Below are positions 50,781 to 64,000 of a DNA stretch of 64,000 nucleotides, piece after piece (position 1 is the first letter of the stretch; each line of letters opens with the position of its first letter). The translations under genes and the position numbers were made by a program. This DNA comes from Mobula hypostoma (Eukaryota), in the NCBI RefSeq assembly GCF_963921235.1, contig NC_086097.1, positions 143,284,001 to 143,348,000 on the forward strand. Direction: 5' to 3'. The notes under the pieces are model-generated. The model was not told the DNA's origin. It did not search any database and saw only the letters and a list, made by a program, of their open reading frames with translations.

Positions 50781-50884
50781 GAATTTTCTTATGTCCTGAA
50801 ACCATTGTAGGCATCTGATAAATTAGGAAATTAGAGGTAAATGTAATAAATAAAAATGTAATTAATAATAAGAAGAATAATGAG

Positions 50885-51430
50885 CTAGGGGTTTATAATG
50901 CATTGGTCAGACTGCAATTAGAATATTGCAAGCAGTTTTGAGCCTATTATCTAAGAAAGGATGTGCTGGTATTGTAGATGCTCCAGAGGAGATTCACGAG
51001 AATGATCCTGCGAATGAAAGGGTTAATGTATGAGGAGCATTTAATGACTTTGAACCTGTAGTTGCTAGAGTTCAGAAGAATGGGGCTGCTGGAATTCTCA
51101 TTGAATAGTGGATGTGGGGAGGATGTTTCCTACAGTGGGGGAGTCAAGGACCAGAGGGCACAGACTCAGAATAGAACAATGTCCCTTTAGAACAGAGATA
51201 AGGATGGATTTCTTTAGCCAGGCGGTGGTGAATCTATGGAATTCATTGCCACAAACCGCTGTGGAGGCCAAGTCATTGGGAGTACTTAAAGTGGATTTTG
51301 ATAGGTTTTTGATTAGTAAGGGTGTCAAAGGTTATGGTGAGAATGGGTTTGAGAGGGATAATAAATCAGCCATGATGGAACAGACTCGATGGACTGAATG
51401 ACCTAATTCTGCTCCTATGCCTTATGGTTT
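50885..51430 (+). mobile_element. CR1 3' end
   Basis: ESRTRGHRLRI..FFSQAVVNLWNSLP. Confidence 0.85.
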
Positions 51431-52664
51431 TTTTAAATAATACACCACTTTAATCTGGCAAACAAATTAACAATGATAGTGTGGAGTATACAATACAATT
51501 TTCAATATCGGTATATCATGGAACAACCCTGGGAAGAGGCTATATAAGAATGTAAATAATACAATATCGAAAGCTCAATTAATAACTTTCTAACATCCTA
51601 ATTAACCTTTTAGGATGAGTGGTCATATCATGATAGAATTTTCCATGAACATTGAAAATTATTTAGTTTAAATCTAATCTATGATACAAAAGCATTGGGG
51701 GCTGTGTTAGTCTGGGAAACTACATTAAGATACATGGTAGTGGACAAACAACAGCTAACATTTAAAGAATTAAAACACTAATACACAGTTTGTAAGATTT
51801 TTTTCCCCTTTTAAATGCTCAAAAACTGAACAAGGTAAGTGGTCCTATCATGGCTAACGAGAGGGGTTAAAGGCATTATCAGATAAATGAAAAAGGCTTT
51901 ATAATATTGTAAGAAAAGGCCTATAAGTCCTAAGGATGGGGAACATTTCAGAATTCAGTAAACCAGTGAGAAAATCAAAGAGAGGAACTAAAATATCTGA
52001 GCAGCTAGACGCATGAAGGTCTCTACAGTCCTGCAACAAAGGTTCATTAGATAAATAAAATCAAAAATAGAACTGCAGATGTTGGGAGTATGAAATAAAA
52101 TGCTTGATGAACTCAGCAACCAAGCAGCATCCGTGGAAAGAGAAACTGAGTTAATGTTCCAGGCACATCAAGGCACATACTCTTACCTGAATGAGGTGGT
52201 TTATGCAGTCCCTGATCGTCAGTGATGATTTGTTTCCATTCTGGGGTTATGGGTTCTGAAACGGCTCGTGAGCACGTGTGAGATCTGCATAAACTTCTAC
52301 GAATGCGGCAAGAAGGAACAGTTGAGGAGGATGGCCGTTTGGTTTGTGAGGTGGTGGACTCCTTCCATTGCTTACTCAGGTCTGAGTGAGTGTTGCTCCA
52401 ACACTCAGTAGGTTCCACTGTACCCATGACAGAGCAGCCTCTTTATTTGGCTCCCAAGCATTTCTAATGCTTTCACTAATGGTACACTAATGCCATGCCT
52501 ACCATCTAACGTATGCACCATGTTGCTCATACGTCAAAATCACTGCAGATGCTGGAAATACGAAACACAATACAAACAACTCAAAAATTCAGCAAGGCAG
52601 GCAGCACCTGCAGTTTCTTGTTTAGGCTAATAGAATGGCGCTACCCAAGTCTGCAGCCTCTTGG

Positions 52665-54985
52665 AGAGATGAGGTGAAGGAACCCTTAGGAGACAGTGAT
52701 CATAACATGATTGAGTTCACTGTGAAATTAGAAAAAGAGAAGCCGAAATCCAATGTGTCGGTATTTCAGTGGAGTAAAGGAAATTACAGTGGCATGAGAG
52801 AGGAACTGGCCAACGTTGACTGGAAAGAGACACTGGCGGGAAAGACGGCAGAGCAGCAGTGGCTGGAGTTTATGCGAGAAATGAGGAATGTGAAAGACAG
52901 GTATATTCCAAAAAAGAAGAAATTTTCGAGTGGAAAAAGGATGCAACTGTGGTTGACAAGAGAAGTCAAAGCCAAAGTTAAAGCTAAGGAGAGGGCATAC
53001 AAGGAAGCAAAAATTAGTGGGAAGACAGAGGATTGGGAAGTTTTTAAAACCTTACAAAAGGAAACCTAGAAGGTCATTAAGAGAGAAAAGATTAACTATG
53101 AAAGGAAACTAGCAAATAATATCAAAGAGGATACTAAAAGCTTTTTCAAGTATATAAAGAGTAAAAGACAGGTGAGAGTAGATATAGGACCGATAGAAAA
53201 TGATGCTGGAGAAATTGTAATGGGAGATGAGGAGATGGCAGAGGAACTGAACAAGTATTTTGCATCAGTCTTCACTGAGGAAGACAGCAGGATACCGGAC
53301 ACTCAAGGTTGGCAGGGAAGAGAAGTGTGCGCAGTCACAATTACGACAGAGAAAGTACTCAGGAAGCTGAATAGGCTAAAGGTCGATAAATCTACTGGAC
53401 CAGATGGAATGCACCCTCGTGTTCTGAAGGAAGTAGCTGTGGAGATTGCGGAGGCATTAGCGATGATTTTTCAAAAGTCGATAGATTCTGGCATGGTTCT
53501 GGATGACTGGAAGATTGCAAATGTCACTCCGCTATTTAAGAAGGGGGCAAGGAAGCAAAAAGGAAATTATAGACCTGTTAGCTTGACGTCGGTAGTTGGG
53601 AAGTTGTTGGAGTTGATTGTCAAGGATGAGGTTACAGAGTACCTGGAGGCATATGACAAGATAGGCAGAACACAGCATGGATTCCTTAAAGGAAAATCCT
53701 GCCTGACAAACCTATTACAATTTTTTGAGGAAATTACCAGTAGGCTAGACAAGGGAGATGCAGTGGATGTTGTATATTTGGATTTTCAGAAGGCCTTTGA
53801 CAAGGTGTCACACATGAGGCTGCTTAACAAGATAAGAGCCCATGGAATTACGGGAAAGTTACATACGTGGATAGAGCGTTGGCTGATTGGCAGGAAACAG
53901 AGAGTGGGAATAAAGGGATCCTATTCTGGTTGGCTGCCGGTTGCCAGTGGTGTTCCACAGGGATCAGTGTTGGGGCCGCTTCTTTTTACATTGTACATCA
54001 ACGATTTGGATTATGGAATAGATGGCTTTGTGGCTAAGTTTGCTGACGATACGAAGATAGGTGGAGGGACTGGTAATGCTGAGGAAACGGAGAGTCTGCA
54101 GAGAGACTTGGATAGATTGGAAGAATGGACAGAGAAGTGGCAAATGAAGTACAATGTTGGAAAGTGTATGGTTACGCACTTTGGCAGAAAAAAATAAATG
54201 GGCAGACTATTATTTAAATGGAGAAAGAATTCAAAGTTCTGACATACAACGGGACTTGGGAGTCCTCGTACAGGATTCCCTTAAAGTTAACCTCCAGGTT
54301 GAGTCGGTAGTGAAGAAGACGAATGCAATGTTGGCATTCATTTCCAGGGGAATAGAGTATAGGAGCAGGGATGTGATGTTGAGGCTCTATAAGGCGCTGG
54401 TGAGACCTCACTTGGAGTACTGTGGGCAGTTTTGGTCTCCTTATTTAAGAAAGGATGTGCTGACGTTGGAGAGGGTACAGAGAAGATTCACTAGAATGAT
54501 TCCGGGAATGAGAGAGTTAACATATGAGGAACATTTGTCCGCTCTTGGACTGTATTCCTTGGAGTTTAGAAGAATGAGGGGAGACCTCATAGAAACATTT
54601 CGAATGTTAAAAGGCATGGACAGAGTGGATGTGGCAAAGTTGTTTCCCATGATGGGGGAGTCTAGTACGAGAGGGCATGACTTCAGGATTGAAGGGCGCC
54701 CTTTCAGAACAGAAATGCGAAAAATTTTTTTAGTCAGAGGGTGGTGAATCTATGGAATTTGTTGCCATGGGCAGAGGTGGAGGCCAAGTCATTGGGTGTA
54801 TTTAAGGCAGAGATTGATAGGTATCTGAGTAGCCAGGGCATTAAAGGTTATGGTGAGAAGGCGGGGCAGTGGGACTAAATAGGATAAAATGGATCAGCTC
54901 ATGATAAAATGGCGGAGCAGACTCGATGGGCCAAATGGCCTACTTCTGCTCCTTTGTCTTATGGTCTTATGGTCTAATGGTCTAA
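52665..54985 (+). mobile_element. Young 5'-truncated CR1 LINE with near-intact RT
   Basis: SDHN end of APE; 341-aa RT ORF 53172-54197; stop at 53067, frameshift in the A-run at ~54190; (tatggtct)n tail. Confidence 0.95.
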
Positions 54986-57900
54986 ACCAAGAATGGTAAA
55001 GCTAGTAAGCACACCATGATCAGATTCCCCTCCAGGTCTGCCTGGAAATATATTGCCACTCCTTCATTGCCACTAAGTGTAGGCCCTGGGATTCCCTATC
55101 ACACAGCTTTACGGCAAAATCTTCATTAGTACAACAGCAAGAATGACAAGCCAGTTTGCTCTTGGGGCAGGGGTGCGGTGGAGGTAACCAGGTACAGACA
55201 ATAACTGATAACCTTGGTAATGATGCTCCATGCCCAGTACATGAAAAAAAACTACAAGTGGAAAACCGTATCCTGAAGTGACACTGAGGTGTTAGAGAAA
55301 GAAAGAAACATTATATCTCAAGTAACTAATTCTTCAAAATGAACTCTTGGGATTCATGGGCATGAGTCAGCACAAAAACACACTGACTGGAGTTGAAAGT
55401 AAAGTCCTGCTCAAGAATGAGTGGAAGACTACGATTGTTTATTCCTTCATTCTGAATCCCCATATACAGGGGGTTTATCATGTTCATTAATTTCTCCTTT
55501 GCTACTATTAACTTATTTAAGTTCCTCATTCTGTTTACCCCATGATTCCTCGGTAGTTTTCAATTGTCTTCTACAATGAGGACAGATAAACATTATTTCT
55601 TTAAGTTTCTGAAATTCCTTATTGTTAATATAATACTTGCTTTCAATTGATCCATCTTTATCTTTTGCAAGCTGTTTCTCCTAATATACATGCAGAACCA
55701 GTTACAATACTGACAATACTGTTTATTTTTCCTCAGTTTCTACTTTCTCGCTATTCAATAGTTGTATTCAGATCTCAGTTTTGAAGATGATGCAGGCACC
55801 TTGAAGGAGTTAAGAGGTGCACAAAACATTTTGGACTACCTAAGCCACATGTAGTGTTTGTTAACATGTAGTTGCTACGAACTTTCCTGTTAACCTTCAA
55901 GTTAATATGACCCTCAGGGTAATGATGTTATTAATGGCATTTGCCATTGAAGTCTATTGATATTTTCTACCAGGAAAGGAATGGAGATGTCCCGTGTTAA
56001 AAGTTCCACTCCTACTTTTTTTTAAAAAAAGGGAGTGGAAAAGTTTGAGATCTTAAGAGTTCCTCAATGCACTATGAAATGAAATTTTGTAGCAGTGTTT
56101 TGACTGTTGTAATATCCAAAATAAAACAAACAACTTCTGCACACTAAGTATCTAGAAATCAAAATAAATAAATATATCATCTATTTTGTTGATGTTCATT
56201 GAGGCATGAAGGTTACCCCAGCACATCACGAAGAACTTCCCTGTACAATAGAAAGGGGTCCTCACACAGCTGTCTTGTCAAGGATCATTGTAGGGATAGC
56301 GAAAGATGTTAACTGGTTAATCTCCCCCCATAAGTAAAATAAACTATACTCAGGTTCTGTCAGAAAAACTTCTTTGCAGAACACATTATAACTAAGATTC
56401 AAATCCCAGCTTCAGTGTAATGTGACAAAAAGGCTACCTTTACCATGACTTGTAGAATCTAATAAGTTATCTTGGAATCCCAACAATCTAACCTGAAGAA
56501 GAAAAACATCATCTTTAACATTGCTAGAAATTATAGGGAAGCTTTACTTAAATCTGACTCTCGTTGCACTTGGTGCAAGTACCTCCAGTGAAGGGGAGTA
56601 TTGTGTCCATTCCAGGGCAGCTCACCTACCTTTGGTCCCCGCTGGATATTCATCTCTCACCTGTGGCTCCAAGTAGTGGAGTAGCTGTTTGCGGGTGGCA
56701 GCATCCACCCCCTGGTACTCTGCTTCGAGAAGGGTGGGGGGGGTGGAGGTCTAAACCAGGTGGGGGTAGCCAGCAGCCTCATACCCCAGTGAGATAGGGG
56801 CATGTCTATCCTAACACGCGAAGCCAGCTCCGGCAGACGGGGCAGATAAGATCTTCAGTGAGATCCAATGGCCTGGGAGGTGGTACTGCAGTGCTCCAGA
56901 GAGAATGAAGGGCATGACAAGGCGCAGAAGACATCACGGTCATCCACTGTAACCAAGGAAGACCCCAGTTTGTGACGCTTGTTCATACCACTGGACTCGG
57001 ACTTCTGAACTTGAGAGAGTGGAACTATTCAAGTGCAGGTGCTTCTCCACTTTAAAAACTCTGCCTGTCATTGTTGGACACGAAGGACTGCCTTAATCTG
57101 ATAGACAATGTAGAGGGGTTGTTCCTATATAAACTATATTGCACTGACACAGGCACAAGGATCCATCTGTGTAGTATTTTTACTATTACTAATCTGTAGA
57201 ATATGGGGTTAGATCACACCTTGAAGCCGAATTCTGTCTTGAGAGCCAGCTGTCAGTCAAGTGAGTATCAATATGTTGTTTAGTCATGAAAAAGATAACA
57301 ATTCTGCAATGAACATTAGAGAATCAAACCAGCCATCCCTACATGCTATGAAGGGCTGAAGGGTCTGTGAACACGCTGCCTGATCCTTTATGACTATGAC
57401 ATGATTGTGAAGGGCAACAGGCTGAAGAAAACATTATTTTCTCCATGTCACACACCAGCCTAATTGCATTCTGCATTCCCTAATCATCACTAGATCAAAG
57501 TCCAGCAACTCTTAACCTAGCAGTTTAATTAAACCATCTTCACCCAATGGACTGCAGCAATTCAAGAGAAAGGTCTTCTCACATTCTCCAAAAAGAATAA
57601 ACAGTAAAAATGGCCTTCCAACAACGCCCACATCGTGAGTGAATTCTAAATTAGACATATTGCTTTCAGCTAGGAATGAACAGTTCCAGGAATGAGCCTG
57701 GGTTACGGGAAATGTGTGGCAGCAGCTCTGTCTGCTGTGCCACACTTGGTTACAATCCAGCAGGAAGGGGAGAAAATGAGGGAAAAGAAATACGGAGGAG
57801 GGAAGTGTTGGGGTGAGAGAGGCTGGTGAACGAAAGAAGCCATTTTGCTTTGAAGAATTTGTAATCCCATAGCACCTTTCAGGATGTAGTGAAATACCTT

Positions 57901-58442
57901 ATAGTCAGTTACCATAATTTTCTAAACAGGTCTTTCTTGAGATTTTTGTGCAAGATAATGTACAAGAAGCTGCAGTAAGTGACCGTTAAATCTGTTTCAA
58001 TGATACAGTTGAGGGATAAGTAATGGCATGTATATGAGGAAGAATTCCCCTGTATGAATTAATAATCACATTTTGTTTGATACTGTTTGTTTTTATGAAT
58101 GTTTGGGATATTTGACTACATGATAAATGTTCAAAATCTGCAGGTTGTTTTTGACAATGTCGACAATTATGAATCCTTGTTCTCAGGTGAATAGGTACAA
58201 CTCATACAACAGGAGCAGGCCCAGTTTAACATCATGTCCTTCATGAATTGTCTTCCATGATTGCTCTCACATTTGTGAAATTTACCTTTTATAGTCTTAA
58301 GGTATTAAATAAGTATTAACAATTTAATAGATTTTTTTTTCCAGTGTGTGTGTGGTGGAGGATGCCTTCTTAAAACATTAAACCAACTCACCTCTTTCCC
58401 ACTGTTGACAGGCCCACTACCTACTTACAGCATTTGAAGAAA

Positions 58443-58606
58443 GCAACACACATAAAAGTTGCTGGTGAACGCAGCAGGCCAGGCAGCATCTCTAGGAAGA
58501 GGTGCAGTCGACGTTTCAGGCCGAGACCCTGCCTGGCCTGCTGCGTTCACCAGCAACTTTTATGTGTGTTGCTTGAATTTCCAGCATCTGCAGAATTCCT
58601 GTTGTT
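58443..58606. mobile_element. PLE fold-back mini-element, internally deleted
   Basis: 14-bp TSD agcatttgaagaaa at 58429-58442 and 58607-58620; same ends as 19706-19938. Confidence 0.85.
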
Positions 58607-59434
58607 AGCATTTGAAGAAATATATTTTTCTGATTTCTAACATTATCAGCTTTCTTTTGAACTAAATCATCCCTTTTGGTTATTATCTGAGCAGAAAGTC
58701 TCAAATTTTCACTTTAAGAGAAGGCTCCCTCCTGGCTTACTGTGTCTCTCTCCACAGGCCCCAGATCACCAGCACCTTTCCCCACCCCCACCCCCGTTTC
58801 TCCAAATGCCAACCTCCCCAGCTGTCTCACTGATGGTCTTTGTGCCTTGGTGATTATTGTGAGTGACACCCCTGCTGGTTCTTAAAAAGACACTGCTTGA
58901 ATCTAAATGAATCCTTAATGAGGGGCAAAGAACGAAGGCTCAACAAAGACTGACACTGGAGAAAGTAGAGCAAAATATGCTTCATCTTTTAACTTTTGAA
59001 AAGATCAGACTGATGCAATAGGACGCAAGTCCTGAGAAGTTGCTTTATTTTCTGCAGTATTGATTACAAGCAAGCTGTCTCTTTTTCCTGTCTCTCTCTC
59101 TCACTCTCTCTACAATTCTGCAGTGCCTGGTACACACCCTGATTTTCTTCTGAATCCTGCTGACATCATCTAGCATGACACAGCTAAGTACAGTAGAGTG
59201 CACTGTCAGAAGGGATGCTGGTGCAGTGCACGCTCAGTCCCAAGCACACACACATAAATACACACGTAGGATCCAGCACACATTTCGGTCTCTCTCTCTC
59301 CCCCCGCCTTCCTTGCTTCCCCCTCCCCCAGCTCAACAGCATTGGTAAAAAGAGGTGGAGAGATATCAAACGACACAAGCTGGCTGCTCTACCTAAACAA
59401 ATCCGCGGCATTAATCCTGAGATCCAGCTCAACA

Positions 59435-59504
59435 ATGCCTGGGGATGCAACGAAAGATGCAGCAAATGTACATCAGGAGTTCCAACCCAAGCAAAGGAGC
59501 CCAG
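59435..59504 (+). CDS. NACAD: First coding exon of a NAC-alpha domain-containing gene (probable NACAD)
   Basis: aacaATG MPGDATKDAANVHQEFQPKQRSP+G|gtgagt (70 nt, phase 1). MPG(E/D)A start is shared by NACA/NACAD; human NACAD lies directly downstream of TBRG4 on the same strand (recalled). Confidence 0.75.
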
Positions 59505-60445
59505 GTGAGTCAGTGGGGTGAATCGGTGGAGGGGGTGAGGATTTGATCTGGTTTAATATATATAAGAAAGTCTAAGAGGATTGCTGTTTAACAATCTTAA
59601 CGTTGCACCCCTGCCTTCTGATGTAGAAATGCAGATTTTTTTTTGAACAGGGCACTGTGTGACAGACATTTTATAAAAGGGGAGGGTAAAAACATGAATC
59701 TGTCATCATTCATTAAAGTCTGCTTTTAATGGTTTTGAAATCACTATTAAAACACCAATAACAAATAAAACTGTGAACTGCAGAGCCTTTCTTCAATTGG
59801 GTTTAATCATTTATCATTAATATTAAAAATAAATCTCTGCCAGCTTCCATGATTATACATAGAACAGTTTCAGTTTGTGGGTTCTGGTATAAGGTTGCTA
59901 GGTGGTGGTGTCAGATTATATAACACTTATGAGCTTTGTAAATACACACTCAGGGATGCCTATTTTAAAATACAGTGCACATACTGAAGCCCAGTAGAAA
60001 CGAAGGCCAAATACTGTTTACGGAGCTTAGGTGAAATGAAATTCTAGTTTGACGCAGCTGGCAGAAATCTGAGCGAAATGAATGATAAAACAAAGCGAGG
60101 ATGATCACAAACGTCTTTGAATATACAAGGCTGTAATCAAATTGAAACCCAAACAACTCAGCCCACAGCCAACAGACTAAGGTTTAAAGATGCCTTCCCA
60201 TGTCGTTTCATCCTGGCTTGGTGGTAATGTTCAAATCTCAGGGCTCACCAGGCCGGGATGAATCATGTGAATCGAGCACTCAATCTAGGCCGACATTTCC
60301 AATGTCATGCGGAGGGAGTGCTACACTTTTGGACTTGCAAGCTTCAGATAAGGACAAAGTGCAGGGATTGATCTGATCTCTGAGGAAGATCATGTAAAAT
60401 ATCCTGCAACAATCAGTGGGACAAAACAGGAGAACAGATTCTCAG

Positions 60446-60611
60446 CAACACACATCAAAGTTGCTGGTGAACGCAGCAGGCCAGGCAGCATCTCTAGGAA
60501 GAGGTACAGTCGACATATCAGGCCGAGACCCTTCGTCAGGACTAACTGAAGGAAGAGGCTGGTAAGAGATTTGCAAGTGGGAGGGGGAGGGGGAGAATTC
60601 CTCGTGTTTAC
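60446..60611. mobile_element. PLE mini-element (one arm plus terminal tail)
   Basis: 14-bp TSD gaacagattctcag at 60432-60445 and 60612-60625; antisense hammerhead copy with GAAA mutated. Confidence 0.82.
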
Positions 60612-63600
60612 GAACAGATTCTCAGTCCCATTCTGTCTCTCACATAACCACTGAAGGAGATTTGCACTTTGATGTTTTATGAAGTTTACTGGCTGCCATA
60701 TTTCCCACGCTACAATAGAGGCTGCAATTTTAAAATTCCTTTACTGGCTCTAAACAGTTTCAGATAAGTAAAAGAGCAATAGTTTATAAGTATGTTTGCT
60801 TCAGAGTTTATCTGATAGGTAACCATTGGCATGGATGCGCAAGAGCTTGGCCTGTGGTGTTAAGAAGCCTGAGGGAGTGCTGCCTTCAAAAAAAGCCACG
60901 TCAACACCAATCCATTCAATTTAGATGAATGTAAAAGTGTTTGCAGATCTATTCAAACACTTATTACTCCAACAATGTCACTGTAAATATGGAAAGGATA
61001 ATTGATCCTTCATTAGAAAACAATAGAATGCTCCTGTAGCTCTCCTCTTGAACAGAAAAATATCTCATGGAGATGAACAAAACCAGGGAGCAGCCATTTT
61101 TGGCCACTACTGACGTAAAATATCTACCATGTTTCCTTCTACTGTGATGTTATTGTGTTCACTGTCTGCAAAACTCTAAATTCAAAAGAAGATTTTAAGC
61201 TCTATCTGATACAGGTATCCAGGGGTACCCTCACTATAGGGAAATTGTACTGTATCCACCTACTATTTAAGGACTTGCTTATTTCCCTGTTCCGTCTCTC
61301 TGGCAAGATCTAGCTGTCAATACACACTGCTTGGTGCTGGGCTACCCCTTCCTACCAAGGAGGGGATACTTCCAGTTAATGAAGTAGTTTTAACACAGTT
61401 TATTTTATTCTTAATGATACACATTTAAATTTAGATAAATAGTTCTCAACAAACATTTAAAACTCACAGGGGATTTCTGATTTATAAAACATTTCTGAAC
61501 TACAAAAGATCTGTAAACTATGTCCAAATGATTTCCAAGGTACAGATTTTACAAACTAAAAGAATGTACCAATGAGTACAGATGAAGGAGTCATCCAATG
61601 CAGACTGAGGAATGAATTTTAGTTCTTCTGTCACTCTATCTTTCTGTCATTCTCTTGTCGTTCCTAACAATCCCCAATGCTTTCTAATATTTATACTGTT
61701 TTGCTACTAGTTGACATTATTTGCATATGATGTTTCTCAGATATGTTTGCTGGGATAAAGTAATTCACATGGATGGTCTAAAAGATTCTGGGGATAGAGA
61801 TCCAAGACACCCAAATTCAATGCCATGGTGGCTGGCTCTCTGAATATACAAATATCCCAACTATTAATAGATGAGCTACAGTATGTCTGTGCCTATGCTT
61901 GATGTGCTAAGTGACATAATCCTATTGTCCTGCATTTTGCTAATGCAGACAAGCCGCCTCGTGGTCACTTCACATATCCCTTGAGCAGCCAGTCAGCTGC
62001 TGTGGGCCAGCAGCCTGTGCTGTGTGAACAACACTGTTTGCAAGGCTGCGCTTTTAACTTCAAAACTAATTGATGCTTGCAATTTACATTAAGAACCGAA
62101 GACTGGTTCTTGTTTACAACAAGAAGCTGAGCAAGGGATATTAGTTAGAAGTCTGATCTTGTCACCAACAGATATGACCCTATGGAAATGTCATACTGCT
62201 GTACTAAAAAGCTAAGGTTAGCACAAGGCTCTCAGGCCCTGGAAGGCAAATACCTGTTGTACTGTAGTCACTGCACAAGCAGATGGCAGAAAGAGCCCAG
62301 AAATAAAGAAATGTATCTTCTTCATAGGACGTCCCTCAGGGCATTGGAAAACTTGGTTTTATTATAGCTCTGTGGGTTGTGAAGAGGATAAAGAGACCCG
62401 TGTAGGACTTGGCCGCAAGTGGGGTAGTTAATACTTGGTTAGTTAGCTTGGGACATTGTGTGCATCTTTTACCACTTGCACAAAACCTCCACATTCTCCT
62501 GTGGAAGAGACTGAAGACAGCCAGTGCCTTTCTAACTGGTTATGAGCCAGGGATTTCCACCAGTTCATGAGAGTCTTCCATTTCTACAAGGAGGCTTTGA
62601 AAATGTCCTTGAAGTATTTTCTCTGACCTCTAGGAAATGGCTTGTCATGTTTGGAGCCAAGAGGAGAGTGCTTAGTTTTGGAATTCTGTCTGCATGCCAA
62701 ACACCAGTAATGGCCTGCACTGAAGCTGGCTGAGTGTCATCAGAACCTCGAGGCTGAGGATATTTACCTCAGAGGACACAGACTGCCGCGGTCAGCCTTT
62801 ACTGGCAGTGGAGTTGGAGGAGCTTGTGGAAATTGCGGTGATTGCTTTTCTTCAGTCATCCTCGCAGGAGACAGAAGTGCGATGGTATTCAGGCAGCCAG
62901 AGGCTGTGTTGGAGATCTGGAGATGGGTGGTGCATTACATCATGAATGTCTGCCTTCATTGAAGGGTGGCTCCTGTGATATGGGAAGTTTTCCAGTGAGT
63001 CTCCATGGATCTTGTTACTTAAGAAGTGGGTTCTCCTGTAGTTGGAGACTAGTAGAGGACAATGCCTTCCAGATACTTGGTGTAATCCTTAGTGCTTCAG
63101 TGCTAGAGTTCGGTGTGACTTGGAACAGCGGTTGTCCACATTCAGTGAATCACTGATTGAAATTGTATCTGCAGTGTTTATGAATATTCTTGGCACAAAA
63201 TGGCTGCTAGTTTCCTACTGGGCATGTGTTCACGACATTAAGAATAATTTTTAAGAAATTTATGAATGAGTAGCTAAGCTGGTGGGTTGCAGCTCAGAAT
63301 ATAAAACATTGCTAGAGCTTGGAAAGTTTGTAGGAAAGATTCATTTGGAACAGAGAACAGTTAGAGAGCATATAGTTCAGAATTTAGAAGTCTGTTGATA
63401 GTAGAGTGGTAATACTGAGTGGAATAAGAGATTTTATGGTTATAAAATGCTAGAGTAGTATGTTGGATTTTAAGTGAAATAATTAGTTTTATTTTCAATT
63501 GCAAGAACGTAGTGAGAAGGATGTGAATATATGATGTACATGGAGGAGCACATAACATTAAAGAATGAAGTCTGCTCACTGACTGCGGTTTCTCCAGGTG

Positions 63601-64000
63601 CTGCCTGTCCACTACAATGCAGAGCAGGAAATTTACTAACTTCCTGGGCACAGAAGTTCATGCATTGTTACTGCCATTCTCAGCAACGCTGAAATTACAG
63701 CAATTAGTGAACAAATCGCTCTCTGTGCATATCTGAAGTAACTCGGGGGATTAGGGGGTGTCTGGAATAGGCATACAGAAGAGTGTGGCAGTCTAGAGTA
63801 AGTTGTGCAGGAGATGGGCCTGAACAAGTTATGAATAGTGAAATAAAATTAAGGTGTGTTGGAGGATCACGCACTGAAGAGATCATCTTTGGAGTTCTGG
63901 GTATAGAACTGTTTTCCCTATTTAAGGAAGAATGTTAATGTATTGTTAATAATTTTTAGATTACTGGAATAATCTCTGGAATGGACCCATAGTCTTATGC

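Noticed and set aside
53172..54197. Longest ORF (341 aa) as a host gene or novel RT system
   Set aside because: Ordinary CR1 ORF2, 5'-truncated, with a flanking stop and a frameshift.
1..64000. CRISPR arrays, rRNA, true tRNA genes, prokaryotic operons
   Set aside because: None seen; the repeats are dispersed TE copies and the A/B boxes belong to SINE heads.

Overview
Eukaryotic (vertebrate) genomic DNA. The repeat families suggest a cartilaginous fish, probably a ray (inference). The window holds the complete + strand TBRG4/FASTKD4 gene: a CpG-rich promoter and first exon near 9.1 kb, 10 coding exons from 14642 to 42021 (1911 nt, 636 aa, all GT-AG) and AATAAA at 42433. It also holds the last exon of an unidentified upstream gene (722-801) and the first coding exon of a probable NACAD (59435-59504). 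Much of the rest is transposon debris: CR1, Rex1/Babar and RTE LINEs, Penelope-like elements (PLEs), Tc1, Tigger and hAT-Charlie DNA transposons, a solo LTR, and tRNA/V/Deu SINEs. Most notable are PLE-derived fold-back insertions with shared ends, 11-14 bp target-site duplications (TSDs) and a minimal type-I hammerhead ribozyme motif, one of them about 32 nt upstream of TBRG4 exon 3. Also notable are an RTE element with twin-priming (5'-inversion) architecture and a deeply nested TE stack in intron 3. All calls are by eye and from recalled family knowledge; no searches were run.
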